Shown: one piece after another, positions 1 through 10,533 of the stretch
Numbering within the stretch: position 1 is the first letter of the stretch
Layout: each line of letters begins with the position of its first letter
Notes under the pieces: generated by a model
Told to the model about the DNA's origin: nothing
Database searches by the model: none
Seen by the model: only the letters and a program-made list of their open reading frames with translations
Position numbers and translations under genes: made by a program
NCBI GenBank assembly: GCA_963768055.1
Contig: CAVYGN010000001.1
Coordinates: 1,624,145 to 1,688,144 of the forward strand
DNA: 64,000 bases
Direction of reading: 5' to 3'
DNA from: an uncultured Spirochaetota bacterium
Lineage (GTDB): Bacteria; Spirochaetota; Brevinematia; Brevinematales; JAOACQ01

Positions 1-946
1 AAAATTCATCGTATCCATGCATGATCAGCTCTATGCGTTTAATATATTCCTCCGGCGCGCTTTCATCCCATCCATGCACGACAAATTCCGGTATAAACAC
101 TTTCAAATGCGCTCCTATTCCGACATCGCTCATAACTACAGGTGTACCGCATGCCATCGCCTCGAGGGGCACGAGCCCGAAGGATTCGAACCTGCTGGGG
201 AATAATACAAGGCTGTACCGGTTGTATAATTTTATTAATTCATCGGTCTTTACAGTCCCGAGATAACCCAGTTTTTCATCACCTTTTTTATTTGTAACAC
301 AATCTATCGATACGCCTAAACCCGCCAGTTTTTCAAGAATATCGAACCCTTTCCCGTAATAATCGTAACGCCCGACAAACAGGCACCGCCCGTTTTTAAC
401 AACCCCGGGGTCTTTTTTGAATTTATCGGTATTTACGCAGTTATAGATCACCCTGTCTACATGAATACCGCCCTTTTCCAGGAAAGTTTTTACAAAATCC
501 GAAACACAGACCACGAATTTTCCCCTTGAGCTGTAATACTCAAGGAGGGTGCCGCGGATAAACGCCAGCCTCTTTTTAATACTTTTATCCATGCCTGGAT
601 AGTTTTCCCTGTAGCCGTATGAGGAGAAATGAAAAAGGTCAATAGCGGCAGGGTGGCGGACGCCGAACCCGTACATACCCGAAGCGATTACAAGGTCGTA
701 TTTTTTCGATCTCGCCGCCTCCCTGAAAACCCTCATCGTAGCATAAGGTTCTCCTATAACCAGGCGCAGAAAGGGGTTTATCCGGAGCTTGAGGCCGGCT
801 GCGTCATCAATGCCCCAGATATCGACATGATGCCCTTCTCCCTTTAAAATTGAAGAAAGCATATTCTGTATCGTTTCCGCCCCGCCGGTTATGCCGGCAC
901 CTTCATCGGGAAATCTGTTATAGCGTGTGATAATTGCGATATTCAT
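1..946 (-). CDS. Glycosyltransferase family 4 (GT-B), runs off the window start
   Basis: Not in the ORF track; translated by hand. Starts MNIAIITRYNRFPDEGAGITGGAE and contains FVGRYDYYGKG and FPSRFESFGLVPLEAMACGTPVV (GT4 E-x7-E motif). ATGA overlap with the upstream gene. Confidence 0.9.
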   Translation of the reverse strand, partial: MNIAIITRYNRFPDEGAGITGGAETIQNMLSSILKGEGHHVDIWGIDDAAGLKLRINPFLRLVIGEPYATMRVFREAARSKKYDLVIASGMYGFGVRHPAAIDLFHFSSYGYRENYPGMDKSIKKRLAFIRGTLLEYYSSRGKFVVCVSDFVKTFLEKGGIHVDRVIYNCVNTDKFKKDPGVVKNGRCLFVGRYDYYGKGFDILEKLAGLGVSIDCVTNKKGDEKLGYLGTVKTDELIKLYNRYSLVLFPSRFESFGLVPLEAMACGTPVVMSDVGIGAHLKVFIPEFVVHGWDESAPEEYIKRIELIMHGYDEF

Positions 947-1953
947 AAACGCGCCTTCATGCGCTTATTACGGATAATTTTTTTAACGGAAAAAGCTAAA
1001 AATGAAAGGTTTTGATATAAACCCCTTTTTGTAAAGGGGAAAAACCTGTATTCTTTTAAAGACGCTTTTTTGTTTTTAAGGAAAACGGGCCTGTTGTTTT
1101 TTATAAAAGAATTGTAGGCGGCTGTAAGATAACCGTCCGCCTTATTTTTCCGGTAATCGGTATTATCGATATATCCGCTAAGGCCCGGGCTGCTTTTTAA
1201 AAAATCATCCATAACTTTAAAAAAAGCAGGTAAATCTTCGCTTCTTTCCCAATATGAAGAACCCTGTCCGGCCGTTCTTCTATAGTTTAATAAAGGCTCG
1301 TCGATAATCGCCATTGAATAACCCTTGTTCATAATCTTAAGCCATAATTCAAGGTCTTCATTGGATGGATAATTGTTGGTAAAACCTCCCGACTGTTCAA
1401 AAATATTTTTACGGGTCATAAAACTCGGGCAGGCGAAAAAATTTCCCGTTTTAATCAAAAAAGGGAGGTAATCGTTTAAATATCCCTGAAAACAGCCTAA
1501 TTCACGGTTCAGCAAACCCGATCTTTCAAGGCCGCGGTAAATGGACGGACAACGAAAAGACGCCGGGTATTCCCCGTAAAATTCCCTGAACCTGGTAAAA
1601 ACACCCCCTGAGTCCGGAATTCTGTCAAGAATAAATTTCTCCCTTTCAACAATACCGGGTTCGTAGATATCATCGGCGTGATAGACCGCTATAAAACCTG
1701 AACCTGCATGCCGGACGGCTTCGCTGATATTCCTTACATATCCTATATTATCCGTGTTTTTAAAATACCTGATCCTTTTGTCTTTCCTTTCAAATTCGGA
1801 GATTATCCCCGCCGTGCCGTCGGTCGAGTCGTTATCGCTGATAATAATTTCAATATTCCCGTAGGTTTGCTCCAGGAGGCTTGACAGCGTCTTTCCTATA
1901 TATCTCCCGGCATTGTATGCCGGTATGCAGACCGAGACCAGATCTTCTTTCAT
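943..1953 (-). CDS. Glycosyltransferase family 2
   Basis: VSVCIPAYN, IIISDNDSTD, HADD and EDLELW motifs. Confidence 0.92.
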   Translation of the reverse strand: MKEDLVSVCIPAYNAGRYIGKTLSSLLEQTYGNIEIIISDNDSTDGTAGIISEFERKDKRIRYFKNTDNIGYVRNISEAVRHAGSGFIAVYHADDIYEPGIVEREKFILDRIPDSGGVFTRFREFYGEYPASFRCPSIYRGLERSGLLNRELGCFQGYLNDYLPFLIKTGNFFACPSFMTRKNIFEQSGGFTNNYPSNEDLELWLKIMNKGYSMAIIDEPLLNYRRTAGQGSSYWERSEDLPAFFKVMDDFLKSSPGLSGYIDNTDYRKNKADGYLTAAYNSFIKNNRPVFLKNKKASLKEYRFFPFTKRGLYQNLSFLAFSVKKIIRNKRMKARL

Positions 1954-3509
1954 TATAAAAATTTACTCCGTATAGCTTTGAATTGGGCGAATATGTATTC
2001 CTTCAGCTCCCGGGGGATAAACAGGTAGCTTAAGAATATATAAGCCGACAGGATTACTAATCCGCCGCCCAGGCGGAGCAATACTAAATTTACCTGAAGC
2101 TGAAGGGCCAATCCCAGCGCTATGAGCGGTATGATAACAAGAAACAAATGCCTGGCGATCGCTCCTACGTCATATTTTAACATGGATCCGCTGCTTTTAG
2201 CCAGTATAAGGGGGGACAGCCATGTCTGGGCGCAGAGGGACCCGAGAATGCCCCCCATGGCCACACCGGCAAGCCCGAACCACTTTGACAGCAAAATAGC
2301 TGCTCCTATATGTATCAGTGCGTCCATCCATCCCATAAGATAAAAATATTTCGTATAATTGAACGATATGATAAGGAAATTATTAAGGTTGACCATCGTT
2401 GAAAGATAGCAGAAAAAGCCGAAGATGAAAACTATCGGTAATCCTGCGTATCCGTCTTTCCCGACCCACCAGAGAACAAAATCCTTGACGAACAGGACCC
2501 CTCCGAGCCACATCATTCCCCCTATCAGCATCGCGAAAAATTGAAAATTCCTGTATGTTTTATTCAGCCAGGCCCAGTTATGATTACCGAACTCCTTGCC
2601 CAGTATCGGGGCGAGCGAACCGTAGAACATCGTACCAATGTTTATCATGATGCTGAAAAGCTTGAAGGTTATCGAATATGGGGTCACTTTGCCGACCGAC
2701 ATCAGATTCGAAATGATGAAATTATCGACGCTGTTAATAACCAGCGAAGCGAAACCGAAAACAGTCAGTCGTATCCCGGTAGTGATTATACTTCTATACC
2801 TCAAATCCTCCGGGGAAAGCGAGGCAGGCTGAATATCCATGGCCTTCGTTTCAGTCTCCCTTCCCTTCCTGTAGACAAAGATATAAAAATAGAGCAGTTT
2901 CACAATATTTAAAAAGAGTGTAATCAATCCTATGCATAACGCGAAAGTCACCAGGGTCCCACGGAAATATATGACAAGACACATAGCGATGAGATTTATA
3001 AAACTCCCGAAGATCCTGAACAGGTTGTCGATGTAAAGCTTCTGGAATCCTGAAAAAGCGGACGATACCAGCGCAAAAGGCCAGTTAATAAAATAGAATG
3101 CCGCGAACACAAGGACCGATACATATGTTTCCTGAATCATTTCCGGCGGGATTTTTCCGAGCAGGTTTATCCATCCTTTATAATACAGATTGACAAGGAA
3201 AAAAATCAGGGAACTTACCATAATTGCTATTAAAAGCATAAAAGCAGAGCGCTTCAAAATTTTAATCTTATGCTTAAATTCCGGATTTTTAGCCATAAGT
3301 ATCGAAGCCGAAGTCTCAATACCGAGGCTCGAAATGCCCAGATAAAAAACCACCGATGTTATAAGCGCCCAGATACCATATTTTTCAACCTTCCAGTATG
3401 AAAGGCTTAACGGGGGCAGTATAAACCCCGCAATGATTGCAGAGAATGTTGCACCGTAGTTCGAAATAAGATTGAATAAATAATTTGTTTTATTGCCTTT
3501 CATTTTCAA
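1953..3509 (-). CDS. Wzx-like oligosaccharide flippase (MOP superfamily)
   Basis: 518 aa, many hydrophobic helices, EKYGIWALITS and SVDNFIISNLM signatures, located in a glycan locus. Confidence 0.85.
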   Translation of the reverse strand: MKMKGNKTNYLFNLISNYGATFSAIIAGFILPPLSLSYWKVEKYGIWALITSVVFYLGISSLGIETSASILMAKNPEFKHKIKILKRSAFMLLIAIMVSSLIFFLVNLYYKGWINLLGKIPPEMIQETYVSVLVFAAFYFINWPFALVSSAFSGFQKLYIDNLFRIFGSFINLIAMCLVIYFRGTLVTFALCIGLITLFLNIVKLLYFYIFVYRKGRETETKAMDIQPASLSPEDLRYRSIITTGIRLTVFGFASLVINSVDNFIISNLMSVGKVTPYSITFKLFSIMINIGTMFYGSLAPILGKEFGNHNWAWLNKTYRNFQFFAMLIGGMMWLGGVLFVKDFVLWWVGKDGYAGLPIVFIFGFFCYLSTMVNLNNFLIISFNYTKYFYLMGWMDALIHIGAAILLSKWFGLAGVAMGGILGSLCAQTWLSPLILAKSSGSMLKYDVGAIARHLFLVIIPLIALGLALQLQVNLVLLRLGGGLVILSAYIFLSYLFIPRELKEYIFAQFKAIRSKFL

Positions 3510-4512
3510 TGCCTAAATTTTTTATAATAAGCTCGATAAAAGCTTCGGCTGAAAAGGGCCTGATTTTATCACTGTTTACGAAGTCCCTTATGCTTGAAAG
3601 GTACCCCTCATATTCGGAGGGCAGCATTCCTTTCATATAACTATAAAGTTCTTCATAGGTCTTGAAATTCCTTTTATCTATAAATGTGCCGGGAGGGATA
3701 AAATCTAAAACATTTGGGGCTCCTAAATAAACCGGAACGCACTGTGCGAAGAAGCAGTCGAATATCTTTTCAGTGATATAGCCGGGGATGTCCCTTGCGT
3801 TTTCATAGCATATCGAAAAATAATATTTCTCCAGCACATTTTTTTTATTCGGTATTCTTCCCCTGTAGCTGCTGTAACCCCTGTAAAAGATCCTCCTGAG
3901 CGTCTCGAAACGGTTGAGCCTCCCTAACGGCCTCGTGAATGTCCTCCTGTCCCAGCCTATGCCGTAAAGGTCGAATTCCTCAGGATGGTTCGATTCGTAC
4001 CACCGAATTGCCTTATCACGTTCGGAATAGAGTTCGCGCGGATCGCTGTTCTTTTTATTGCCGGCGATCATCGTGCAGAATTTTTCTTTCCGGCCATCAG
4101 GGGGTAACAGCTTCTCAGGCACCCTGACGGAGAGCCGGAATTTAAAATATTTAACATTGTCGACCCAGTCATCCCTGTATGTAAAAACCTTTTTAAAATA
4201 ACGGTGGTTATTCCTGTCGGCGTTCGCCGGGTATACGATTTCCACCTCGGTTAAAAAGAGGTAAAGGTCTTTCATGCCGCTCAATTTGGCGAGGTCTATC
4301 CGGGGGGAGCCGGGATAATCGATAAATATGATGCTGTCGAAATCTTCGGGAGGAAACATATCAATCGTATCGATCTCAATTCCCCTGTCATTAAGCGACT
4401 GCTTCAGAAGGATCAGAGGATAACCTATTTCATCCCCGATAGAGTAAGCCGCCGGGTCGAATATCCTGTTTTCCGCGAAATTCTCATAATTGTTCCATAT
4501 ACCTATATGCAT
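3490..4512 (-). CDS. Glycosyltransferase family 10 (alpha-1,3/4-fucosyltransferase-like)
   Basis: GT10 motif YYFSICYENARDIPGYITEKIFDCFFAQCVPVYLG. Confidence 0.85.
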   Translation of the reverse strand: MHIGIWNNYENFAENRIFDPAAYSIGDEIGYPLILLKQSLNDRGIEIDTIDMFPPEDFDSIIFIDYPGSPRIDLAKLSGMKDLYLFLTEVEIVYPANADRNNHRYFKKVFTYRDDWVDNVKYFKFRLSVRVPEKLLPPDGRKEKFCTMIAGNKKNSDPRELYSERDKAIRWYESNHPEEFDLYGIGWDRRTFTRPLGRLNRFETLRRIFYRGYSSYRGRIPNKKNVLEKYYFSICYENARDIPGYITEKIFDCFFAQCVPVYLGAPNVLDFIPPGTFIDKRNFKTYEELYSYMKGMLPSEYEGYLSSIRDFVNSDKIRPFSAEAFIELIIKNLGIENERQ

Positions 4513-4520
4513 CTAAACCC

Positions 4521-6740
4521 CTATTTCAGCCTGTATAAGACCCTTCCCCTGTCGGGTCTGGAAAAATAATCGGTTTCCGTAATAACCGGTTTCTCCGGAA
4601 TTACCGCCTGGCGAAGATCATCCCCCGCGACCCTGGCAAAGGGACCATTTTTATCTTCTAAAAAACCGATTGTTTTACTTTTGATCCTGCTCAAAACGGC
4701 AGTCCTGTCCCCCTGGATGGGACCGACTTCGATATAACGTATATTCTTATTTTTGAGAAATTCGATCCACTTTGCATAATCCGCCGGGTCCGGGATAAGG
4801 GGATAAACAGGTATATTCAATCTTTTCCCGTAGAGGGGATAGTATATATCGCAGAATAAAAATCCGACCGATTCGTTTGTCCTTATATGTTCGTCGATGT
4901 ATTGAGGGATCGAGCCGTAAAAAGCGAAACGGTGAACGTCCCTCTCCTTCTGTATAAAATAAACGGGTATTGCCAGGAAAATAACAAGTAAAACTATCCC
5001 TGATAAAAAAGGGATATATCTCTTGCCCTCTGAAATATCCTTCAAATAGCGTATTATCGGGTTGTCGTAACAAAAGACCGCCCATAACGCGATCGCCAGG
5101 CCGGATATTGCCGCGTAGGGAACGGTTATAACCGCCAGATTGACAAAGATAGGCAGAAACATGCCGGGATTTTTATTTAATAAAGCCGTTAAACTGTTTA
5201 TATCCGAAGAGAATACAAGGTTCCTGTTATACCGTATGGTATCTACAATGATAATATTGAACAGCCCTGCAAGGACGCATAAGGCGGTAAGTGAGATTAT
5301 TACCGGTTTTTTAATTTTCAGCCTGAATAAGGCTATTCCCGAGAGCACGCATAAAGCCGACATAAAAGGGAATGCGTACCGGAAAGCGAAACCGATCCAT
5401 TGCGTCAGTGGATTATCGGCTGAAAACGGCGTGTTCCAGTATAGAAACACGGCGGCAAGGGAAAGGGCTGAAAAAAACAGAATAGAACCTCGCTGGAACC
5501 TGCCGGCCCTATTGAAAAATAGCAGTACGATCGAACCCAGGCTTAATACGGCGATCGCGAGGAAGGGAAGCTGGAGCCTTTTAATTATCTCTATACCGAT
5601 GATTTTCCAGTGCAGAGGATTCCCCCAGTTGAAGAGATGGATCAGGGTAAGGTAGGATAGATCCCCGGCGCTGACACTGCCCGGGAACACTGTTTTGCCG
5701 AACAGGCTGATTTTAACGAAAGCCAGGGGATTACCCGTATCGATAAGGTTTTTAAAATACCAGAAAAACCCTATAAAAGGACTGGAGACGATAAAAAGGG
5801 CCAGGACGGGGATTGAAAATGAAACCGACCCGTATTTTTTTGTAACTAAATTAATAATGATCACTGCAAGAAGCAGGACAAAAAGCAGGAACCCGTAAGG
5901 CAGCCCGGAAGCCTTGATCCCCAGGATCATTATTATTGAAAAAAACGTCATCAGGACGCAATTTACATTGCTGGTTTTGTAATGGAGATAGACAAAATAA
6001 ACTCCGGCCATGAAAAAAGCCGCAAAAGCCAGGTCGATATGAAAGGTGTTTACAGTATTAAGGATCTCAGGTATTGATAGAAGCAGAATGGATGAAGAAA
6101 TGCAGATGAATTTCCCCGCCCCCGCCTCCCTCAATATAAGATATACACTGAGTCCCAGAATAGCCCAGGAAATCAGGTTGGGCATGGCGGCGAACATGTC
6201 GCTGCCGAAGGGGAGGATGAAAAGCGAGCAGAGGACCTCCCAGTTATAGGGATATGGAATCTGAAGATGCCCCCACAGGGAGCCGCTCTGGTACCACGAA
6301 ACTATCGCGGGAAGGTGAAAAGCCAGCGTATCGCTGTCGCCTGCGGGATACAACGATAATTTTAATAAAAGCGAAGCGGATGCGATTAATATAAACAGTA
6401 TCGGGAATTTTTTTTTGCCCTTCAAACCCGGAATTGTAAATTTTTTCGGGTGCAGCCGCAGACCGTTTTCATATAAAAGGAACGATCCTGCAAAAAAGAG
6501 CAAGAGCTCTGTCAAAGTCACCGCTGTTAAGTTAAACAAACCTGCTACGCCCAAAATTATCCCGGTTAAGATCTCGAGGAGGCACCAGAAAAAAGCCAGG
6601 ACCATCAGCCGGCTGGCAAAACCGTCGTTCGCCGTTCCGCGGGTCAGGCCGAGTGTAAAGAACAACGAAAGGGGGAGCGCGCCTGCCAGGATGGCTAAAA
6701 ATAATAAAAGGGCCCGCAGTAAATGAAGGATTTCCATCAA
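4521..6740 (-). CDS. Large polytopic membrane protein, probable GT-C fold glycosyltransferase
   Basis: 739 aa with many TM segments, DSDTLAFHLP loop, YFKNLIDTGNP and RYAFP motifs; next to GtrA/GtrB-like genes. Confidence 0.6.
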   Translation of the reverse strand: MMEILHLLRALLLFLAILAGALPLSLFFTLGLTRGTANDGFASRLMVLAFFWCLLEILTGIILGVAGLFNLTAVTLTELLLFFAGSFLLYENGLRLHPKKFTIPGLKGKKKFPILFILIASASLLLKLSLYPAGDSDTLAFHLPAIVSWYQSGSLWGHLQIPYPYNWEVLCSLFILPFGSDMFAAMPNLISWAILGLSVYLILREAGAGKFICISSSILLLSIPEILNTVNTFHIDLAFAAFFMAGVYFVYLHYKTSNVNCVLMTFFSIIMILGIKASGLPYGFLLFVLLLAVIIINLVTKKYGSVSFSIPVLALFIVSSPFIGFFWYFKNLIDTGNPLAFVKISLFGKTVFPGSVSAGDLSYLTLIHLFNWGNPLHWKIIGIEIIKRLQLPFLAIAVLSLGSIVLLFFNRAGRFQRGSILFFSALSLAAVFLYWNTPFSADNPLTQWIGFAFRYAFPFMSALCVLSGIALFRLKIKKPVIISLTALCVLAGLFNIIIVDTIRYNRNLVFSSDINSLTALLNKNPGMFLPIFVNLAVITVPYAAISGLAIALWAVFCYDNPIIRYLKDISEGKRYIPFLSGIVLLVIFLAIPVYFIQKERDVHRFAFYGSIPQYIDEHIRTNESVGFLFCDIYYPLYGKRLNIPVYPLIPDPADYAKWIEFLKNKNIRYIEVGPIQGDRTAVLSRIKSKTIGFLEDKNGPFARVAGDDLRQAVIPEKPVITETDYFSRPDRGRVLYRLK

Positions 6741-7279
6741 TCAAAGGCCCCCGCTTTTTTTTTATTGAATACGAAAAGCTTGTTCAGCAGAAAAGCAATC
6801 GCCGCCAGGGGAAGTATCAATATGGCGCCCGAGATATAAGCGGACACATGCAGCATATCGAAAATTTTGAGCCCGCCTACGTTTATGCCGTATACTACCG
6901 CGTAAACCGCAAAAAAGCGGAAGATAAGGCGTATGTCATGGACATTGAAAACCAGCCTGCCGACCGTCTGGAAATTAAAAAGTATCCCCGCTGCGGTGCT
7001 GATTAAAGCGGCTATCGAATAATGCAATTTTAAAAATATCAGGAAAGCGAAGGCCGAATATCCGAAAAGAGTGTTGAGTCCCCCTACGATGAGAAAACGC
7101 AGGAACAGGACCCTCAATAATTTTTTAATTAAGGGCACTTCTAATAACCCCCGGACAAGCCGGGATAAACGCCTTTTCAAGGCGGCAAGGTAGTGCCCAT
7201 AGGGCGAATTGATAACAATTAGTACAATTTTATTCTTGAATTCAAAAATTGTTTTTGGAACCACCCTTAACTCAATCAA
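6737..7279 (-). CDS. GtrA family lipid-linked sugar flippase
   Basis: FLRFLIVGGLNT, four TM segments, FLLNKLFVF C-terminus. Confidence 0.88.
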   Translation of the reverse strand: MIELRVVPKTIFEFKNKIVLIVINSPYGHYLAALKRRLSRLVRGLLEVPLIKKLLRVLFLRFLIVGGLNTLFGYSAFAFLIFLKLHYSIAALISTAAGILFNFQTVGRLVFNVHDIRLIFRFFAVYAVVYGINVGGLKIFDMLHVSAYISGAILILPLAAIAFLLNKLFVFNKKKAGAFD

Positions 7280-8207
7280 AATTCACTCTCTCTTTTTCAA
7301 TGACCAGAGGCCTGTTTTTAACCTGCGTATAGATAGCACCGATATATTCGCCTATAACGCCGATAAAAAAAAGCTGAACGGAAGAGAAGAAGAACAGGCC
7401 TATAACCAGGGGAGCTATTCCCACATTGAAATTCTGCCAGTAAATAAGCTTGTAGACGAAATAACCTATCGCCACCAGGAGGCTGATTATAGCCACGCCG
7501 AAGCCGATAAAACTCGCAAGCCTCAGGGGTATTTTGCTGTGATTGACAAAGCCCAGCATGGCCATATCGTAAAGGGTGTAAAAGTTATTCTTGGTCTTTC
7601 CGCCGTATCTTTTCGGCTGGACATAAGGGATTTCCGCGCGGTTGAAACCGAGCTCCGATACAAGCCCCCTGAAGTACGGATAGGGTTCGTTCAAATTCCT
7701 GAGGACCTCTATAAATTTCCTGTCGTAAAGGCCGAACCCAGTAAAATTGCTTATATGTTCGGATTCCGAAAGCTTTTTGATCAGGGCATAGTACATTTTC
7801 CTTACGGCGAATATCAGCGGGTTTTCCCTGCTCTTCTTCTTTACCCCTATGACAATGCTAAAGCCCTCTTCCCATTTTTTAATAAAATCGGGTATCATCG
7901 ACGGGGGGTCCTGGAGGTCGCAGACAAGCGATATGACCGCGTCGCCCCCCGCCTGGAGCATGCCATGGAACGGGGACCGGATGTGACCGAAATTGCGGAT
8001 ATTGACGATAATTTTTATATTTTTATCGGCGCCGGCAATTTTTTTCAGGATTATGACCGTATTATCCGTCGAACAGTTATCGATAAATATATGCTCGTAG
8101 CGGTATTGAGGAAGTTTATCGAAGACCGACTTCACCAGCTTGTACACTTCCTCGACATTGTCCTGTTCATTGTAGCAGGCCGTAAGGACGCTTATAAGTT
8201 TTTTCAT
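7272..8207 (-). CDS. GT2 polyprenyl-phosphate glycosyltransferase (GtrB/ArnC-like)
   Basis: CYNEQDN, IDNCSTD, RNFG and DLQDPP motifs, two C-terminal TM helices, IGEYIGAIY..VKNRP. Confidence 0.9.
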   Translation of the reverse strand: MKKLISVLTACYNEQDNVEEVYKLVKSVFDKLPQYRYEHIFIDNCSTDNTVIILKKIAGADKNIKIIVNIRNFGHIRSPFHGMLQAGGDAVISLVCDLQDPPSMIPDFIKKWEEGFSIVIGVKKKSRENPLIFAVRKMYYALIKKLSESEHISNFTGFGLYDRKFIEVLRNLNEPYPYFRGLVSELGFNRAEIPYVQPKRYGGKTKNNFYTLYDMAMLGFVNHSKIPLRLASFIGFGVAIISLLVAIGYFVYKLIYWQNFNVGIAPLVIGLFFFSSVQLFFIGVIGEYIGAIYTQVKNRPLVIEKERVNFD

Positions 8208-8326
8208 ACTATTTTCTTACCTCTGCAAGGACCGCACACGCGAAATCCCTCGATAATATTCTAAAGAAAGACGGATTTTTGAGCAAATTGTCCGGCTGAA
8301 CGAAAAAAATCCGCGGATGGCACAGA

Positions 8327-8345
8327 TTCCCCCCTTTGGGGGGAA
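8327..8345. repeat. Perfect GC hairpin TTCCCCCC-TTT-GGGGGGAA at the GC-to-AT transition
   Basis: 8-bp inverted repeat read directly; function unknown. Confidence 0.5.
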
Positions 8346-8401
8346 GCAGATGAACATAATTAATGTTAAGTTCAATCATTATTTAAAACACAAAAAAGAT
8401 T

Positions 8402-8430
8402 TTGACAATTTAATGTTAAATAATTAGAAT
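8402..8430 (+). promoter_or_regulatory. Sigma70-type promoter TTGACA-17-TAGAAT
   Basis: Near-consensus boxes with 17-bp spacing; implies translation starts downstream (ATG 8474) rather than at 8429. Confidence 0.55.
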
Positions 8431-8473
8431 GAAACATAAAAACAAAGAGGCAAAATTTATAAAATTTCTAACG

Positions 8474-9190
8474 ATGATATTTTATATTTTCATGTTCATT
8501 ACAATATCTGTCTCAATATATGCTGATGATAAAGTTGGCGGAAAACTTTATTATATTGATGTAACCGGGCTCGAGATTACTAAGCCCCTATACTATAGTC
8601 CCAAATATTTCAGAAACCTTAATGATTTTCAGTTAAACCATTTTATGTTTCCTATGATAGGTTTTATGGCTGTACTAAGTAATCTTGCAGATATTATAAC
8701 AGAATTCGATATAACAAATATAAAAGGGGAGTACTACTCGTCAGCTTATATCTTAATAACTGCGGATTATACAAACTCAATCAGCAATAAATATAAAAAT
8801 GATCCTTCAACATCTTCTCTTGAGCCAATATTACAATGGGATATACAGAATGCGATTACTAATTTTAATGAAATGGGCGAGAAATTTCAGAGAATCAAGG
8901 ATGATTTCTATTATATTATGGGAAATGATAAAAATTACTTTATCGGACCGGTTAATACAAGTGATGATTTATATATATATAAAAAATTTAAAATAAATGG
9001 CAACGATTGGTACTGGATAGCGCAATTTGCCCCGTATTCTGATTATGCTAGGGAAAATGGCAAAATTGAAGGTTTAAATTATTTTTTTTATCACTTTGAA
9101 AAAGGGATAAGATATAGTATATATATAGGCAAAGGGAAAGAATTCGACGCTTTGAAATTCCTTGAACGCTTTAAGCTGACAGGAAAATAA
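8474..9190 (+). CDS. Exported hypothetical protein, orphan immunity-like paralogue 1
   Basis: Signal-peptide-like N-terminus, low GC, shares VGGKLY, ILxTAD, LEPxLQ and YHFxKG..ERFKLTGK with the downstream paralogue. Confidence 0.6.
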   Translation: MIFYIFMFITISVSIYADDKVGGKLYYIDVTGLEITKPLYYSPKYFRNLNDFQLNHFMFPMIGFMAVLSNLADIITEFDITNIKGEYYSSAYILITADYTNSISNKYKNDPSTSSLEPILQWDIQNAITNFNEMGEKFQRIKDDFYYIMGNDKNYFIGPVNTSDDLYIYKKFKINGNDWYWIAQFAPYSDYARENGKIEGLNYFFYHFEKGIRYSIYIGKGKEFDALKFLERFKLTGK

Positions 9191-9255
9191 TGTCGGATTG
9201 TTGAATAAAGGCTAGTTTTCCCCAAATGGTGAAATTCAAGCTTTCCAATACTGAA
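9182..9255 (+). repeat. 74-bp direct repeat, copy 1 (gene 3' end plus downstream hicA remnant)
   Basis: Matches 12629-12702 with 2 mismatches. Confidence 0.95.
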
Positions 9256-9768
9256 TTGATTGACTGGGCTCTAAACTACAATGGAGGCTACGTTCCTGTG
9301 ATATTTAATTCACAACCTAATGGAGGTAATTGAAATGAGGCAGTTTCAAATTTTATTATTTTTTCTAGCTATTGCTGGTGGTGTTTATTCGCAGGAACAT
9401 GTGGGCGGTAAACTGTACACGATTAATGTAATGGGACTTAAGGTAGAAAATCTAACTAATTTTAGTTATAGTCATGAATTCATAGATCAAATTATTAGGA
9501 ATGGGCATGAAGACAAATTTTATGAAGAAAATATAGAATTAGCAAATATGGCAGCATTGGGATATTTAGCGGACAGTATAACAAAGTTTCGTATAAAAAA
9601 TATAGCATATATTTTGGTAACAGCCGATTTTGTTAATGTTGTTTATAAAAATAAAGAGGATGCCGGACTGTCGAGGACCGGGTAGATTCCCCAGTGGCAG
9701 GGGCATGAGATTCCCCACCTTTTCCCGAAAAATACCGTTCTTGATTTTAGAGAGAAATCATAAAACTT

Positions 9769-10515
9769 TCAAATAGTTTTCCCTTCCTTCCGGAAAGATT
9801 TTCCATCTTTGGATTTTACCAGGATTTTAATTGAGCCTGAAACAAGGCGGTCAAGCATAGCCCCTCCAATCACAGGATCAGGGAAGATTGCCAGCCAGTC
9901 CTCCGGAGGCCGGTTGCTTGTCAGAATAATGGACCTGTTTCCAAGCCTTTCATCGACAATCCGGTATAGGTATTCCGTTTCTTCATTGTCGAGTTTTTTA
10001 AATCCGAAATCGTCTATTATCAGGAGGTCTGTTTTAATACACTTTCTGAATAGAGTATTCTTAAACATAAGCTTTTCGCTTTTCAAGTCTTCAAGAAGAA
10101 CCGCGGCTTTCTTGAAAAGAACTGTGTTTCCTCTTCTGCAGGCCTCATGGCCGACTGATTTTGCAATGCATGTTTTACCTATGCCGGGAGGCCCGGCGAT
10201 GACAACAAACTGTCTCATATCCATGAAACGGCAGGACGCGATTTCACGAATAAGCCTTGAAGGGATAGCGCTCTCATTGAAATTAAAATCAAACCCCTCG
10301 AAAGTGTTTTCCTGGCCGAACTTCGCTTCTCTCAGCCTCTTTTTGAGCATGTTATTATCCCTCTGGCATAATTCATCCTGAACTAACAAAGAGAAAAATT
10401 CTCCATAGTCCAGGTTTGATTCTTGAGCCTCCCTGATCCGCATAGGAAGGTTGAATAGCATCCCAGGAAGCTTTAACCTCCTTAAGTTTGCCTCAAGCTG
10501 ATTCTGATGTTCCAT
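9769..10515 (-). CDS. istB: IS21 helper AAA+ ATPase IstB
   Basis: GPPGIGKT Walker A, LLIIDDFG Walker B, TSNR, AMLDRL. Confidence 0.95.
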   Translation of the reverse strand: MEHQNQLEANLRRLKLPGMLFNLPMRIREAQESNLDYGEFFSLLVQDELCQRDNNMLKKRLREAKFGQENTFEGFDFNFNESAIPSRLIREIASCRFMDMRQFVVIAGPPGIGKTCIAKSVGHEACRRGNTVLFKKAAVLLEDLKSEKLMFKNTLFRKCIKTDLLIIDDFGFKKLDNEETEYLYRIVDERLGNRSIILTSNRPPEDWLAIFPDPVIGGAMLDRLVSGSIKILVKSKDGKSFRKEGKTI

Positions 10516-10533
10516 ATTTCCTCCTCATTATCT

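Noticed and set aside
7209-8264. 351-aa plus-strand ORF and other long antisense ORFs (e.g. 9809-10381, 25875-26471, 38662-39231)
   Set aside because: Shadow frames of well-supported opposite-strand genes, with no recognisable motifs.
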